From a virus (taxonomy: Duplodnaviria > Caudoviricetes): a stretch of 59,352 nucleotides of DNA. The stretch lies in the IMG/VR virus record IMGVR_UViG_3300037041_001560, positions 1-59,352 of that record; one strand, given 5' to 3'. A model generated the notes under the pieces. That model was not told the DNA's origin. It did not search any database and was given only the letters and a program-made list of their open reading frames with translations. A program made the translations under genes and the position numbers. Positions within the stretch are counted from its first letter, which is position 1. Every line of letters starts with the position of its first letter. Shown in pieces: positions 49,068-57,247 of this stretch.

Positions 49068-49605
49068 TCGTGGGCTGATATACCTCATCATTTCAATAGT
49101 ATGTTTTTTTATTGCAACCAGTTGTAATACAGAAAAACGTCTTCAAAAGGCAGAGGTATTATTAGCTTCAAAGGGCCGTTTACCAGAAGTTTGTGCGGCT
49201 CGATTTCCCCCTAAAGATTCAATTGTATACCGAGATAGCATAAAGTATGATACCCTATATGAGGGTATTTATAGTATTGATACTATCTACGACAAGGATA
49301 CTGTAAAAGTTTACTTGACACTTCCAGCTAAAGTCGTAACAAAAGAAGTCATAAAATATCGAGATATATATCGGGAAAACACGGCTAAAGTAAATGAGTT
49401 AGAAAATAAATTGTCTGCGTGCAATTCCCAATCTGCAAATTACTCAATAGAAATAGTAAAATTACGCGCTGAATCTAGTAAATGGGAGAAGCTAGCTAAA
49501 CAAAGATGGTGGTTCCTTTGGATTTTATTAGTCGTTGCTGGATTAATTACTTTTCGCAAGAGCATAATGAAATTAATTAGCAGATTTATATTGCCTTGGA
49601 CATGA
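49060..49605 (+). CDS. spanin, unimolecular topology
   Basis: Lipobox IATSC, coiled coil, C-terminal TM WWFLWILLVVAGLITF. Confidence 0.7.
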   Translation: MHNRGLIYLIISIVCFFIATSCNTEKRLQKAEVLLASKGRLPEVCAARFPPKDSIVYRDSIKYDTLYEGIYSIDTIYDKDTVKVYLTLPAKVVTKEVIKYRDIYRENTAKVNELENKLSACNSQSANYSIEIVKLRAESSKWEKLAKQRWWFLWILLVVAGLITFRKSIMKLISRFILPWT

Positions 49606-50210
49606 TTGACTTGAGCACATTGGAACATCGACTTCCGAAGCATGTAATGGATGAACTTCCCGACACAATCGCTAAGTTCAATATCAATACCCCACTTCGG
49701 TTAGCACACTTTCTGTCTCAATGCGCACATGAGTCAGGAAGTTTTTCTGTTAATAGGGAAAATCTAAGCTACTCCGCAGACCGACTTCGTGTCGTATTCC
49801 CTAAATACTTCCCCACCCCTGAAGTAGCAAAACAATACGAAAGGAATCAGGTTAAGATTGGTAGCAGAGTATATGCAAACCGCATGGGAAATGGTGACGA
49901 GAAGTCAGAAGACGGATACAAGTTCCGCGGACGTGGGTATATCCAACTTACAGGCAAAGATAATTATACAGCCTTCGGAAAGTTTGTAGCTGAGGACATA
50001 GTAAACAATCCAGAACTAGTTGCATCCAAATATTCTCTCATGTCAGCAGCTTGGTTCTTCGATAAGAATAACCTATGGAAGATGTGTGATGTTGGTGCTG
50101 GGGAAGATGTGGTAAAGAACCTTACCAAACGAATCAATGGCGGTCTGCATGGACTTGATGACAGGTTGAAGAAATTCAAAATGTATCTGAGCTTTGTTCA
50201 GCCAAAGTAG
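49602..50210 (+). CDS. endolysin, glycoside hydrolase family 19
   Basis: RLAHFLSQCAHESG, ENLSYS, FRGRGYIQLTGKDNY, TKRINGGLHGLDDR. Confidence 0.93.
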   Translation: MIDLSTLEHRLPKHVMDELPDTIAKFNINTPLRLAHFLSQCAHESGSFSVNRENLSYSADRLRVVFPKYFPTPEVAKQYERNQVKIGSRVYANRMGNGDEKSEDGYKFRGRGYIQLTGKDNYTAFGKFVAEDIVNNPELVASKYSLMSAAWFFDKNNLWKMCDVGAGEDVVKNLTKRINGGLHGLDDRLKKFKMYLSFVQPK

Positions 50211-50499
50211 TATATGGGTTGTTTCTTTTGCTGTTATATTCAGCATGGTATTCGTGGGCTTGTCGGTTCACTATGTAAACAAACTCTTCGCTTCCCACAC
50301 CAAAGACCTACTGGTCCGTTTTATATTAATCATATTCGCATCACTAGTTGCGGTGTTTATCATTGACAAAGTAGTAGCGTTTAAGATTCCTTTGCTAACT
50401 GATAAGCAAAACGATGAATTGTTCGACCTCATCAAGACCCTGACCTTGATGATTTTTTCGTATTATTTTGGCTCTCAGAAGAATTCCAAGCCAGACTAA
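50194..50499 (+). CDS. membrane protein (start uncertain)
   Basis: Three hydrophobic segments ending IFSYYFGS, holin-like. Confidence 0.6.
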   Translation: MFSQSSIWVVSFAVIFSMVFVGLSVHYVNKLFASHTKDLLVRFILIIFASLVAVFIIDKVVAFKIPLLTDKQNDELFDLIKTLTLMIFSYYFGSQKNSKPD

Positions 50500-50554
50500 T
50501 CCACACGAATTCCCCAAGATTTGTTTGTTAAATTAAGTGTTAATATATTTGTGA

Positions 50555-51487
50555 ATGCCTAAAATATTAATAACGGGTGGGGCTGGTTTCATTGGCTCAC
50601 ACCTTTGTGACAGATTTGTAAAGGAAGGATACGATGTGATTGCGATGGATAATTTATTGACGGGAAGTCTTGATAACATAAGCCACCTCTTCCCCCGTCC
50701 CAACTTCACCTTCCACCACCACGACGTAACCAAGTTCATCCATATACCGGGTGACCTTGACTACATTCTGCACTTCGCCTCCCCCGCTTCCCCCGTAGAC
50801 TACCTAAAGATGCCCATCCAGACCATGAAGGTCGGCTCCTTGGGTACACACAACTGCCTCGGATTGGCTAAAGACAAGGGCGCGAGAATCGTTGTGGCGA
50901 GCACTAGCGAAGTCTATGGAGACCCGCTTGTCCATCCGCAGACCGAAGACTACTGGGGGAACGTCAACCCCATCGGTCCAAGAGGGGTATACGATGAGGC
51001 GAAAAGATTTCAGGAAGCCATGACCATGGCATATCATACATACCACGGGGTGAATACGGGAATTGTTCGCATCTTCAATACCTATGGACCACGGATGCGC
51101 CTAAACGATGGACGGGCACTTCCCGCCTTCATATCCCAAGCCATAAAGGGAGAACCCCTGACCATATTTGGGGACGGCTCACAGACCCGTAGCTTCTGCT
51201 ACGTGGATGATTTGGTGGAGGGAATCTACCGCTTGCTACTCAGCGACCACCACTTCCCCATAAACGTAGGCAATCCGCAAGAGATTACCATCAACGAATT
51301 CGCAAAAGAAATCTTAGCCCTGACGGGAAGTTACAAGGGAGTCGAATACCACCCGCTTCCCACCGATGACCCAAAACAACGGAAGCCCGACATCTCCAAG
51401 GCGAAGGAACTGCTCGGATGGGAACCAAAGGTTTCCCGCCCCCTCGGATTAGCCCTGACCTATCAATACTTTAAGAACAAACATTGA
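50555..51487 (+). CDS. UDP-glucuronate decarboxylase (UDP-xylose synthase-like SDR)
   Basis: [55 protein letters not shown]. Confidence 0.92.
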   Translation: MPKILITGGAGFIGSHLCDRFVKEGYDVIAMDNLLTGSLDNISHLFPRPNFTFHHHDVTKFIHIPGDLDYILHFASPASPVDYLKMPIQTMKVGSLGTHNCLGLAKDKGARIVVASTSEVYGDPLVHPQTEDYWGNVNPIGPRGVYDEAKRFQEAMTMAYHTYHGVNTGIVRIFNTYGPRMRLNDGRALPAFISQAIKGEPLTIFGDGSQTRSFCYVDDLVEGIYRLLLSDHHFPINVGNPQEITINEFAKEILALTGSYKGVEYHPLPTDDPKQRKPDISKAKELLGWEPKVSRPLGLALTYQYFKNKH

Positions 51488-51843
51488 AACATTCATCCTC
51501 ATTTTATTACGACGTAGATTTCGGTGCTGAAGCCGAGGACTGGGTGAAGGACGTGTTCACGGGCGGTTACAAGGTCGAAGTAAAGTGCGACCGAATCGCT
51601 CACAAAACAGGGAACATTTTCATTGAGGTCTATTCCCGGGGTAAGAAGTCGGGAATTTCCACCACTGAAGCCGATTATTGGATTTATGTTATTCAGGAGC
51701 GGGAAGTCATGTATCTGATTCCCGTTGACCACCTGAAGGAACTATGCAAGAAGTTCCATGACCCTGACCGAGGGTTCGTGAAGGGAGGTGATAACAATAC
51801 TTCCCTTGGTGTACTCATCCCCGTAGTGGCGTTAACAAAATAA
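51484..51843 (+). CDS. PD-(D/E)XK nuclease-like phage protein
   Basis: VEVKCD...TGNIFIE...[11 protein letters not shown]. Confidence 0.7.
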   Translation: MKHSSSFYYDVDFGAEAEDWVKDVFTGGYKVEVKCDRIAHKTGNIFIEVYSRGKKSGISTTEADYWIYVIQEREVMYLIPVDHLKELCKKFHDPDRGFVKGGDNNTSLGVLIPVVALTK

Positions 51844-51844
51844 A

Positions 51845-51870
51845 ACCCCACCCGTAGAAACGGGCGGGGT
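51845..51870. terminator. hairpin between convergent operons
   Basis: accccacccg-tagaaa-cgggcggggt; T tract on minus strand. Confidence 0.75.
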
Positions 51871-51899
51871 AACGAACACACTATGAGAAAAAACCAAAC

Positions 51900-52115
51900 C
51901 TATACAACTTTTGTTTTGTCAGGGTTGTCGCCCTTGTAGTTATCTAATGAGGCAACAATCTTTCCGTCGATGGGGAACTTATCAAGGAATTGCTTTGGAG
52001 AGTAGGACTTCCCCCGATAGATATACTTACGCTCTCCGTTAGTATCGTATACATACCCAGCGTTCTTATGTGCCGTCATGTTTTTGCAATATTCTGAATA
52101 GGTTAATAGTTTCAT
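51900..52115 (-). CDS. hypothetical protein
   Basis: ORF in early cassette. Confidence 0.6.
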   Translation of the reverse strand: MKLLTYSEYCKNMTAHKNAGYVYDTNGERKYIYRGKSYSPKQFLDKFPIDGKIVASLDNYKGDNPDKTKVV

Positions 52116-52312
52116 ATGGTTTTTGTTTTTTTGTAGACGGGAATTCCCAATACATAATACGTCACCATTCTTTTCAATCCCTTGCCAATAATCAGGTTAT
52201 ACCTGACATCCTTTCTTACTAGCTTTAATTTCTTTTTAGGGGGTTTGTAAGTGTTGGGAAGTGATGGTCTCTCCGACCAAAAAGTCATGTCGTCAGGGAA
52301 GTGATTGTCCAT
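52112..52312 (-). CDS. hypothetical protein
   Basis: ORF, ATGA-coupled. Confidence 0.6.
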   Translation of the reverse strand: MDNHFPDDMTFWSERPSLPNTYKPPKKKLKLVRKDVRYNLIIGKGLKRMVTYYVLGIPVYKKTKTI

Positions 52313-52343
52313 AGTTTAGAATTTAAGGGTTATGGGTGGGTTG

Positions 52344-52604
52344 TCAATTCTTAGTTATGGGGGAAGACTTGGTCTCGTAAACTATCACCTCACTATCCGC
52401 AAGTCCCATTTCGATTCTGAATGCCAGTTCCATAGCTTCGTCGTATGCTTTGGGTTGGGCAAAGTAGTCATCATCAGCCGCATCTCGTTTGAATGGGAAG
52501 CAGTCAACGAACACAAGTGTCTCCTCTTCCCCTTGCTTCCTATAATATACCGAGTACCTTGGCTTTTCTCCGATACGTTCAATAAGTTTTACTACCGCTT
52601 TCAT
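52344..52604 (-). CDS. hypothetical protein
   Basis: A/C-rich leader aaacaaaacacATG. Confidence 0.65.
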   Translation of the reverse strand: MKAVVKLIERIGEKPRYSVYYRKQGEEETLVFVDCFPFKRDAADDDYFAQPKAYDEAMELAFRIEMGLADSEVIVYETKSSPITKN

Positions 52605-52634
52605 GTGTTTTGTTTTTTTGATTTTGGGAATTGG

Positions 52635-52859
52635 TTATGGAAGGTCATGTATGATTGCCTTCTTCTGTTTGGGGGTTAAATTATCCGTGATGTCGATGCC
52701 GATGCCAGCTATCACTACCTCTACCGATAGGATGTTGACCTCTTCATCGATGAATGTGTGGATGCCGTGGCACTCCTCGGTTCGGGTGGTACGTTCGTAC
52801 TCATAGGTGACAAGGAGTTCTGCTCCTTCGACGATGTCGGTCTTGAATTTAGTTGTCAT
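52635..52859 (-). CDS. hypothetical protein
   Basis: Leader aaacaaaaacacATG at 52859. Confidence 0.65.
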   Translation of the reverse strand: MTTKFKTDIVEGAELLVTYEYERTTRTEECHGIHTFIDEEVNILSVEVVIAGIGIDITDNLTPKQKKAIIHDLP

Positions 52860-52927
52860 GTGTTTTTGTTTTTTATATAACGGGAATTGGTGATAATTAT
52901 TGTGCAAGGAATTCGTACCAATTTTGC

Positions 52928-53143
52928 TTACGTCTTCCCTCTTCGATTTGTCTTCTCAGTAGCTCTATTTTGTTGCGAAGTGCATATGGATTTGGTACTT
53001 TGCCCGATTCGAGCTTTCTGATTAACGCTTTTAGTTGTTTCTCTTTTTGTGCCATCGTCATTGATTGGGTAGTTTAATAGTTTGTAAATGTGTATCATCC
53101 ATTCATTGTAGGATAGTTGCTCAGGTGGGTAGGTTGTCTTCAT
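52928..53143 (-). CDS. hypothetical protein
   Basis: MKTTYPPEQLSYNEWM; leader aaataaaacaATG. Confidence 0.55.
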   Translation of the reverse strand: MKTTYPPEQLSYNEWMIHIYKLLNYPINDDGTKRETTKSVNQKARIGQSTKSICTSQQNRATEKTNRRGKT

Positions 53144-53147
53144 TGTT

Positions 53148-53717
53148 TTATTTTAGTGATTGTTTAAGTTCGTCAATTGATATGCCTGCCTCATCGCATA
53201 GCCATTGTGTGATGGATTCGACATCGGATTCCCTGCAAATAACATCCGATGAGGTGCTGAATACATTTGATGTTGGGGCGAAGGCGAAGATGATTTCGTA
53301 TGGGCATTCCAATCTGCCTTCCAATACCGCATCAACAAGTCGGTTGAATTTATGCTTCCAAGGTACGTCATCGTAGTCTCCGGTAGACCACCCGCTCGCG
53401 AGGTTTGTATATCCGCTTCCCAATTGGACATCCCAATACCCTCTCCATCCATCGGTGCGAACATATTTGAATTCGGGAACTGCCTCGCAGTCGGCTTCCT
53501 CGAAGTATTCAGTATCTCGGTATCCGAATTCAGAACACCACAGGTACTTGTCTACTTCCCCCCGCAAAGTGGTAATAACTTGGCAAGGGTATTCCCATGC
53601 TGATTGCTCACAAGATTCGCATATCTCTTCGCCCGAACGGGTGATGTAACTGCCGTCGTGGTCGGTGTCAATTTCTGCCTCACATGAGGCACATTTGATG
53701 ATGTTTGTTGGTTCCAT
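53148..53717 (-). CDS. acidic Zn-finger hypothetical protein
   Basis: CASC...CESC; ACACACA leader. Confidence 0.7.
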   Translation of the reverse strand: MEPTNIIKCASCEAEIDTDHDGSYITRSGEEICESCEQSAWEYPCQVITTLRGEVDKYLWCSEFGYRDTEYFEEADCEAVPEFKYVRTDGWRGYWDVQLGSGYTNLASGWSTGDYDDVPWKHKFNRLVDAVLEGRLECPYEIIFAFAPTSNVFSTSSDVICRESDVESITQWLCDEAGISIDELKQSLK

Positions 53718-53747
53718 TGTGTGTGTTTTTTATGGTTTGGGAATTGG

Positions 53748-53966
53748 TTATTTTGTATCAATTGATTTCAGGTAGTCAACAATACATTCGTATTCGTTTC
53801 TGTTGTCATCGTTATAATCCGAGTCGCAATACTTCCCGAATTCAGCACAAATGTCTTCGTATTGTAGGTCGATTTCGTATTCGGGTTTAAATTGCGCATC
53901 GTATAACTTACTAAACAAGAAGAATGAATAGTCGCAATAAGGTCGGGGACGTGGTGTGTTGCTCAT
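53748..53966 (-). CDS. hypothetical protein
   Basis: First ORF downstream of repeated promoter. Confidence 0.65.
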   Translation of the reverse strand: MSNTPRPRPYCDYSFFLFSKLYDAQFKPEYEIDLQYEDICAEFGKYCDSDYNDDNRNEYECIVDYLKSIDTK

Positions 53967-53993
53967 GGTGGTTTGTTTTTGTGGTTATGAATG

Positions 53994-54048
53994 TAAGTTA
54001 CTAAACAAATATAGGTGTACCAAATTTATTTTGTTAGGGAAATGTTAA
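53994..54048 (-). promoter_or_regulatory. repeated early promoter copy
   Basis: ctaaacaa...ccaaatttattttgtta...tgttaa on plus strand. Confidence 0.65.
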
Positions 54049-54096
54049 GGTAGAAAATGATGGGGGTCGGTGCTTCCCTTCCCCCATCCACACACA

Positions 54097-55044
54097 CTAT
54101 GCGAGAGATAAGATGCTGTTGAATGCTTGGTTGTCAATTCCCAACCCTGTACCAACGTACTTAGATTCGAGACGTGCGTTGTCACGCTTGGGTACGGGTA
54201 GCTTGTGGGAAGTGTAGTGTGTCACTCCGCTGAAGAGACCCCACAGGGTGTCACCCTTGCTCCTCATTTCGGTAGCGATTGAGTCTAGCAATTCGCCCGA
54301 GCGGTTGATAGCATATGTGCTATACTTGTCCTTAGCTTGGGAAGTGGTGAGGTTGATATCCACGTCAGTGACTTCCCGAACTATCCGAGCGATGTTATCC
54401 TTGGTCACGGGAACTGATGAGAGGCGGATGAATTGGTCGAAGATAGATTGCTCCTGATTCGCGATGCCGACCACCTGACGAACCGATGCTTCGACCTTGT
54501 CATGGAGGGAAGCCGTGTGCTTTGCCGATTGCTGAAGTTCCCGACCCGCTGAGGCGAAGGTGTTCCGGCAGCAGATGGTGAAATTCACCGCGCCCCATTT
54601 CAGCGCGGTCGTGCCATCGTGACCATTGATGCCCGTCACGAAGCCCTTAACGGATGTCCCGTTCTTGCCAATTCCCTTGATTTCATTGCCCGTGTTGAGT
54701 TGGAGGTAGACCTTCCCACCGCCATTGAACGTACCGCCCGAATGGATGCTATAGCCTGTCTTCTCCGAGATACGGATGAGGAGTTCAGCCAATTCGCTAT
54801 TTTGGAAGGGAACGTACCCGTCCTTACAGGTTGCGAAGACTTTGGAGTTGTCTTCCCGAACTATACCGAAGAATCCTGTCGGCTCTCCGTTGGGCAGGAG
54901 GAGTTCCTGCTTCGATACTTCCCACCGCAACCCATAGCGGTCGAGTAGGTCGGCTACCGCTTCGCGGTTCTCAGGGTTGGATACTTGCGTTCCGCTGAAC
55001 GCGTTGGCTAAGATGTTGTCTGCGAATGTGTGTGTGTTGTTCAT
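54097..55044 (-). CDS. DUF932 (phage/plasmid TIGR03299-like) protein
   Basis: GLRWEV, Y.PFQN, GG.KVYLQL, NGHDGT, ICCRNT, GDTLWGLFSGVTHYTSH. Confidence 0.85.
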   Translation of the reverse strand: MNNTHTFADNILANAFSGTQVSNPENREAVADLLDRYGLRWEVSKQELLLPNGEPTGFFGIVREDNSKVFATCKDGYVPFQNSELAELLIRISEKTGYSIHSGGTFNGGGKVYLQLNTGNEIKGIGKNGTSVKGFVTGINGHDGTTALKWGAVNFTICCRNTFASAGRELQQSAKHTASLHDKVEASVRQVVGIANQEQSIFDQFIRLSSVPVTKDNIARIVREVTDVDINLTTSQAKDKYSTYAINRSGELLDSIATEMRSKGDTLWGLFSGVTHYTSHKLPVPKRDNARLESKYVGTGLGIDNQAFNSILSLA

Positions 55045-55092
55045 GGTGTGTTTGTTTTATGTATTAACGAATGATTGGTGTAGGTTATTGTG

Positions 55093-55416
55093 TTAGGGAA
55101 GTGTTAATGCTAATTGAGAGCGGTTAGACTTTTGTTTAGTGTGGGGGGGGGTATAGTACCGACCGAACTTGCCATACTTTCCGTACAAATATTCGTCGGC
55201 GGGTTCGGGTTTGCCCGCTTCCTCCCATCTACGGCAGCCCCCATTTTTCCATTCAATGTAAGTGTAGCCCCTGTAGTTGTCAGTCCGGTGTAGTATTATT
55301 TCGGCGATGTCGCATAGTCCCTCCCGATATCCTTCGGTGACGTGTGGCCCTTCTGACTGAAGAAGATAGTTTATTTTGTCGATGAGTTCAGCGACCTTGA
55401 TTGTTTTACGTTCCAT
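55093..55416 (-). CDS. hypothetical protein
   Basis: ACACACA leader. Confidence 0.7.
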   Translation of the reverse strand: MERKTIKVAELIDKINYLLQSEGPHVTEGYREGLCDIAEIILHRTDNYRGYTYIEWKNGGCRRWEEAGKPEPADEYLYGKYGKFGRYYTPPHTKQKSNRSQLALTLP

Positions 55417-55501
55417 TGTGTGTGTGTTTTATGGTTAGGGAAGTGTTAAAGGATGAGGAGGGGGTGACCGATGGGGTCAATTCCCCCTCTTCCCATCACT
55501 A

Positions 55502-55780
55502 TCATTGGCAGCATAGTTCCCACGGCTGAAGTTCTCTCAATTTAGCGGGAGTCAGGCTGAAGTATTCGAGAATGAATTGAGCCAATTTACGGCGGGCGGT
55601 CGGCTTGCTGAGGTCGTTCGTACCGATGGCATTAACAACGTGCCGAGGTTCGCAACACATTGCACGGCGGACGAACTTAACGTCCTGACCGAGGTAGAAG
55701 GACTTCCCCTCCGCGACAAGGGTCCAATCGTGTCCGAATCCGTAAGCATTGGGGGTGGAGATGATAATAGGCTTTTTCAT
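55502..55780 (-). CDS. hypothetical protein
   Basis: ACACACA leader, follows promoter. Confidence 0.7.
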   Translation of the reverse strand: MKKPIIISTPNAYGFGHDWTLVAEGKSFYLGQDVKFVRRAMCCEPRHVVNAIGTNDLSKPTARRKLAQFILEYFSLTPAKLRELQPWELCCQ

Positions 55781-55801
55781 TGTGTGTGTGTTTTATGAAT
55801 T

Positions 55802-55857
55802 CAAAGATAAGATACTAAACAAGTGAAACCAAATTTATTTTGTTAAATAGTTGTTAA
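55802..55857 (-). promoter_or_regulatory. repeated early promoter copy
   Basis: Minus strand TTAACAA..TTAACAAAATAAATTTGG..TTGTTTAG..TATCTTTG. Confidence 0.75.
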
Positions 55858-55952
55858 AGCGAATTCCCGTCTGCTATCATGTTGACCAATTTAAGGGCAA
55901 CGAGGAGGGCTACAAGTAGCCACCAAGGGGAGAGGTCTTTTTGCTTTTTCAT
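55854..55952 (-). CDS. 32 aa membrane peptide
   Basis: Manual translation MKKQKDLSPWWLLVALLVALKLVNMIADGNSL; A/C-rich leader. Confidence 0.55.
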   Translation of the reverse strand: MKKQKDLSPWWLLVALLVALKLVNMIADGNSL

Positions 55953-55971
55953 GGTGTGGTGTTTTAGTGTT

Positions 55972-56127
55972 TTACAATACAGGGAAGTTCGACCGAAGGA
56001 TGACGGGTCGGGAGTTCTTTGTCCGCTTGTCGGTCATTATGCCGATGATGATGGCGGCAAGCATAACCACGGCGATGAATGTTGATGCGCCGATGGTGAA
56101 GGCTCTAAATGTTTCAATGTGTGGCAT
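55972..56127 (-). CDS. 51 aa membrane peptide
   Basis: Manual translation MPHIETFRAFTIGASTFIAVVMLAAIIIGIMTDKR...; shared leader. Confidence 0.6.
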   Translation of the reverse strand: MPHIETFRAFTIGASTFIAVVMLAAIIIGIMTDKRTKNSRPVILRSNFPVL

Positions 56128-56194
56128 GGTGTTGTGTGTTTTATGGTTAAGACAAAGGGAGGGAAGTGTTTGCCCTCTCCGTGTTTCGGCTATT

Positions 56195-56422
56195 TTAAGC
56201 CTCTTCAGTTAACCTCTCCGAAATTACCCTTTCGGTCAGGGTCTGAGTGCGCTGCTCTTTGTCACTCAATTTGCACTCTCGAATTTCAGTTTCGTATTGA
56301 GTTCCGTTTGCATATTCGACCGCTTCCCTCAGATGTTTAAAGTCTCCGATGTTGTACTTCCGTCCGGTGTACGGGCAAATTCTCAATACAAAGTAAAACG
56401 TCATAATGTGTGTACCTAGCAT
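56195..56422 (-). CDS. hypothetical protein, first gene of early cassette
   Basis: Leader taaccataaacacacataccATG. Confidence 0.65.
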   Translation of the reverse strand: MLGTHIMTFYFVLRICPYTGRKYNIGDFKHLREAVEYANGTQYETEIRECKLSDKEQRTQTLTERVISERLTEEA

Positions 56423-56459
56423 GGTATGTGTGTTTATGGTTAAGACACGGATTCAAGTT

Positions 56460-56512
56460 TAACCCGAAGGTCAGAGGCTTGGTCATTCAAAGAGCGGCGG
56501 GGTATCATCCCC
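56460..56512 (-). promoter_or_regulatory. boxB/boxA-like antitermination leader
   Basis: GGGG-atgata-CCCC hairpin, CGCTCTTTGAA, then C-UUCG-G hairpin. Confidence 0.55.
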
Positions 56513-56524
56513 TCATCAACAATA

Positions 56525-56581
56525 CAAAGATAAGAAACTAAACAACACGAATCCAAATATATTTTGTTAAAATATTGTTAA
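56525..56581 (-). promoter_or_regulatory. repeated early promoter copy
   Basis: Minus strand TTAACAA..TTAACAAAATATATTTGG..TTGTTTAG..TATCTTTG. Confidence 0.75.
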
Positions 56582-56712
56582 CGAAACTGCACAAAATGGG
56601 AGGTATTTTTAATTGCTTGGGAATCAACGACATGTGAAGTAAAAAAATGCCATTTCCTCAAGGTTCGATTATCTACTAAACAATAAGGGTATGGTGCCAC
56701 AAAAAAGATACG

Positions 56713-56751
56713 CGAAATTTGGGGTGTTTCCGTGCGTCTGAGAGCATTCTA
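56713..56751. repeat. 39 bp dispersed repeat, copy 2
   Basis: 32/39 identical to 2172-2210. Confidence 0.85.
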
Positions 56752-56843
56752 ATTTTCCAAACATTATTTACCCAATCTTATGTTAACACTTCCCCCCTCT
56801 CATATCATCACATACTACATATATATAGAGAGAGAGACAACCT

Positions 56844-56878
56844 CCCGCCCCATGCCCCCGCCCCCGCCCCCGCCCCCC
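56844..56878. repeat. (GCCCCC)x4 tandem repeat, G-quadruplex-capable on minus strand
   Basis: cccgccccatgcccccgcccccgcccccgcccccc. Confidence 0.85.
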
Positions 56879-57180
56879 TGACCCTTGGCATCCTGACCCG
56901 CGACCCCGCCCAATGGGTCACCACTTCCCCACCCATACATACTACAGCATAGGTCACACAATCGCATAGCAGATAGCAAGCAGACCGCCCTTGCCCTCAC
57001 CCATACCCACCGCAACCCGTCGGCAATCAACGAACAATCGTTCGCAATCCTTGGCAAATTAAGATTGTTGCACCCACCCGGTTAAAGTTTTGTTAAAACC
57101 CAATTCGACCGACCCCCCGATTTTTTCGGGGGTCTCCAACAACACCGTGCCCGCACTCAAAAATTCATTATCTTTACAAT

Positions 57181-57247
57181 GCAGTTGTTTTCATTGTTTA
57201 ATGTTTTAGGTAAATGGGGCCGCCTGTTTCTACAGGGGGCTCTTTTT
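57181..57247 (+). ncRNA. candidate small RNA
   Basis: TATCTTTA promoter-like element at 57169, U-rich 5' part, hairpin cctg-tttcta-cagg and T tract. Confidence 0.4.

Noticed and set aside
52600-56600. CRISPR array or integron from the repeated intergenic motifs
   Set aside because: Repeats are degenerate, separated by whole genes of varied length, with no cas or integrase gene
56719-57057. ORFs over the C-rich tract
   Set aside because: Low-complexity translations without leader or start context; region treated as non-coding
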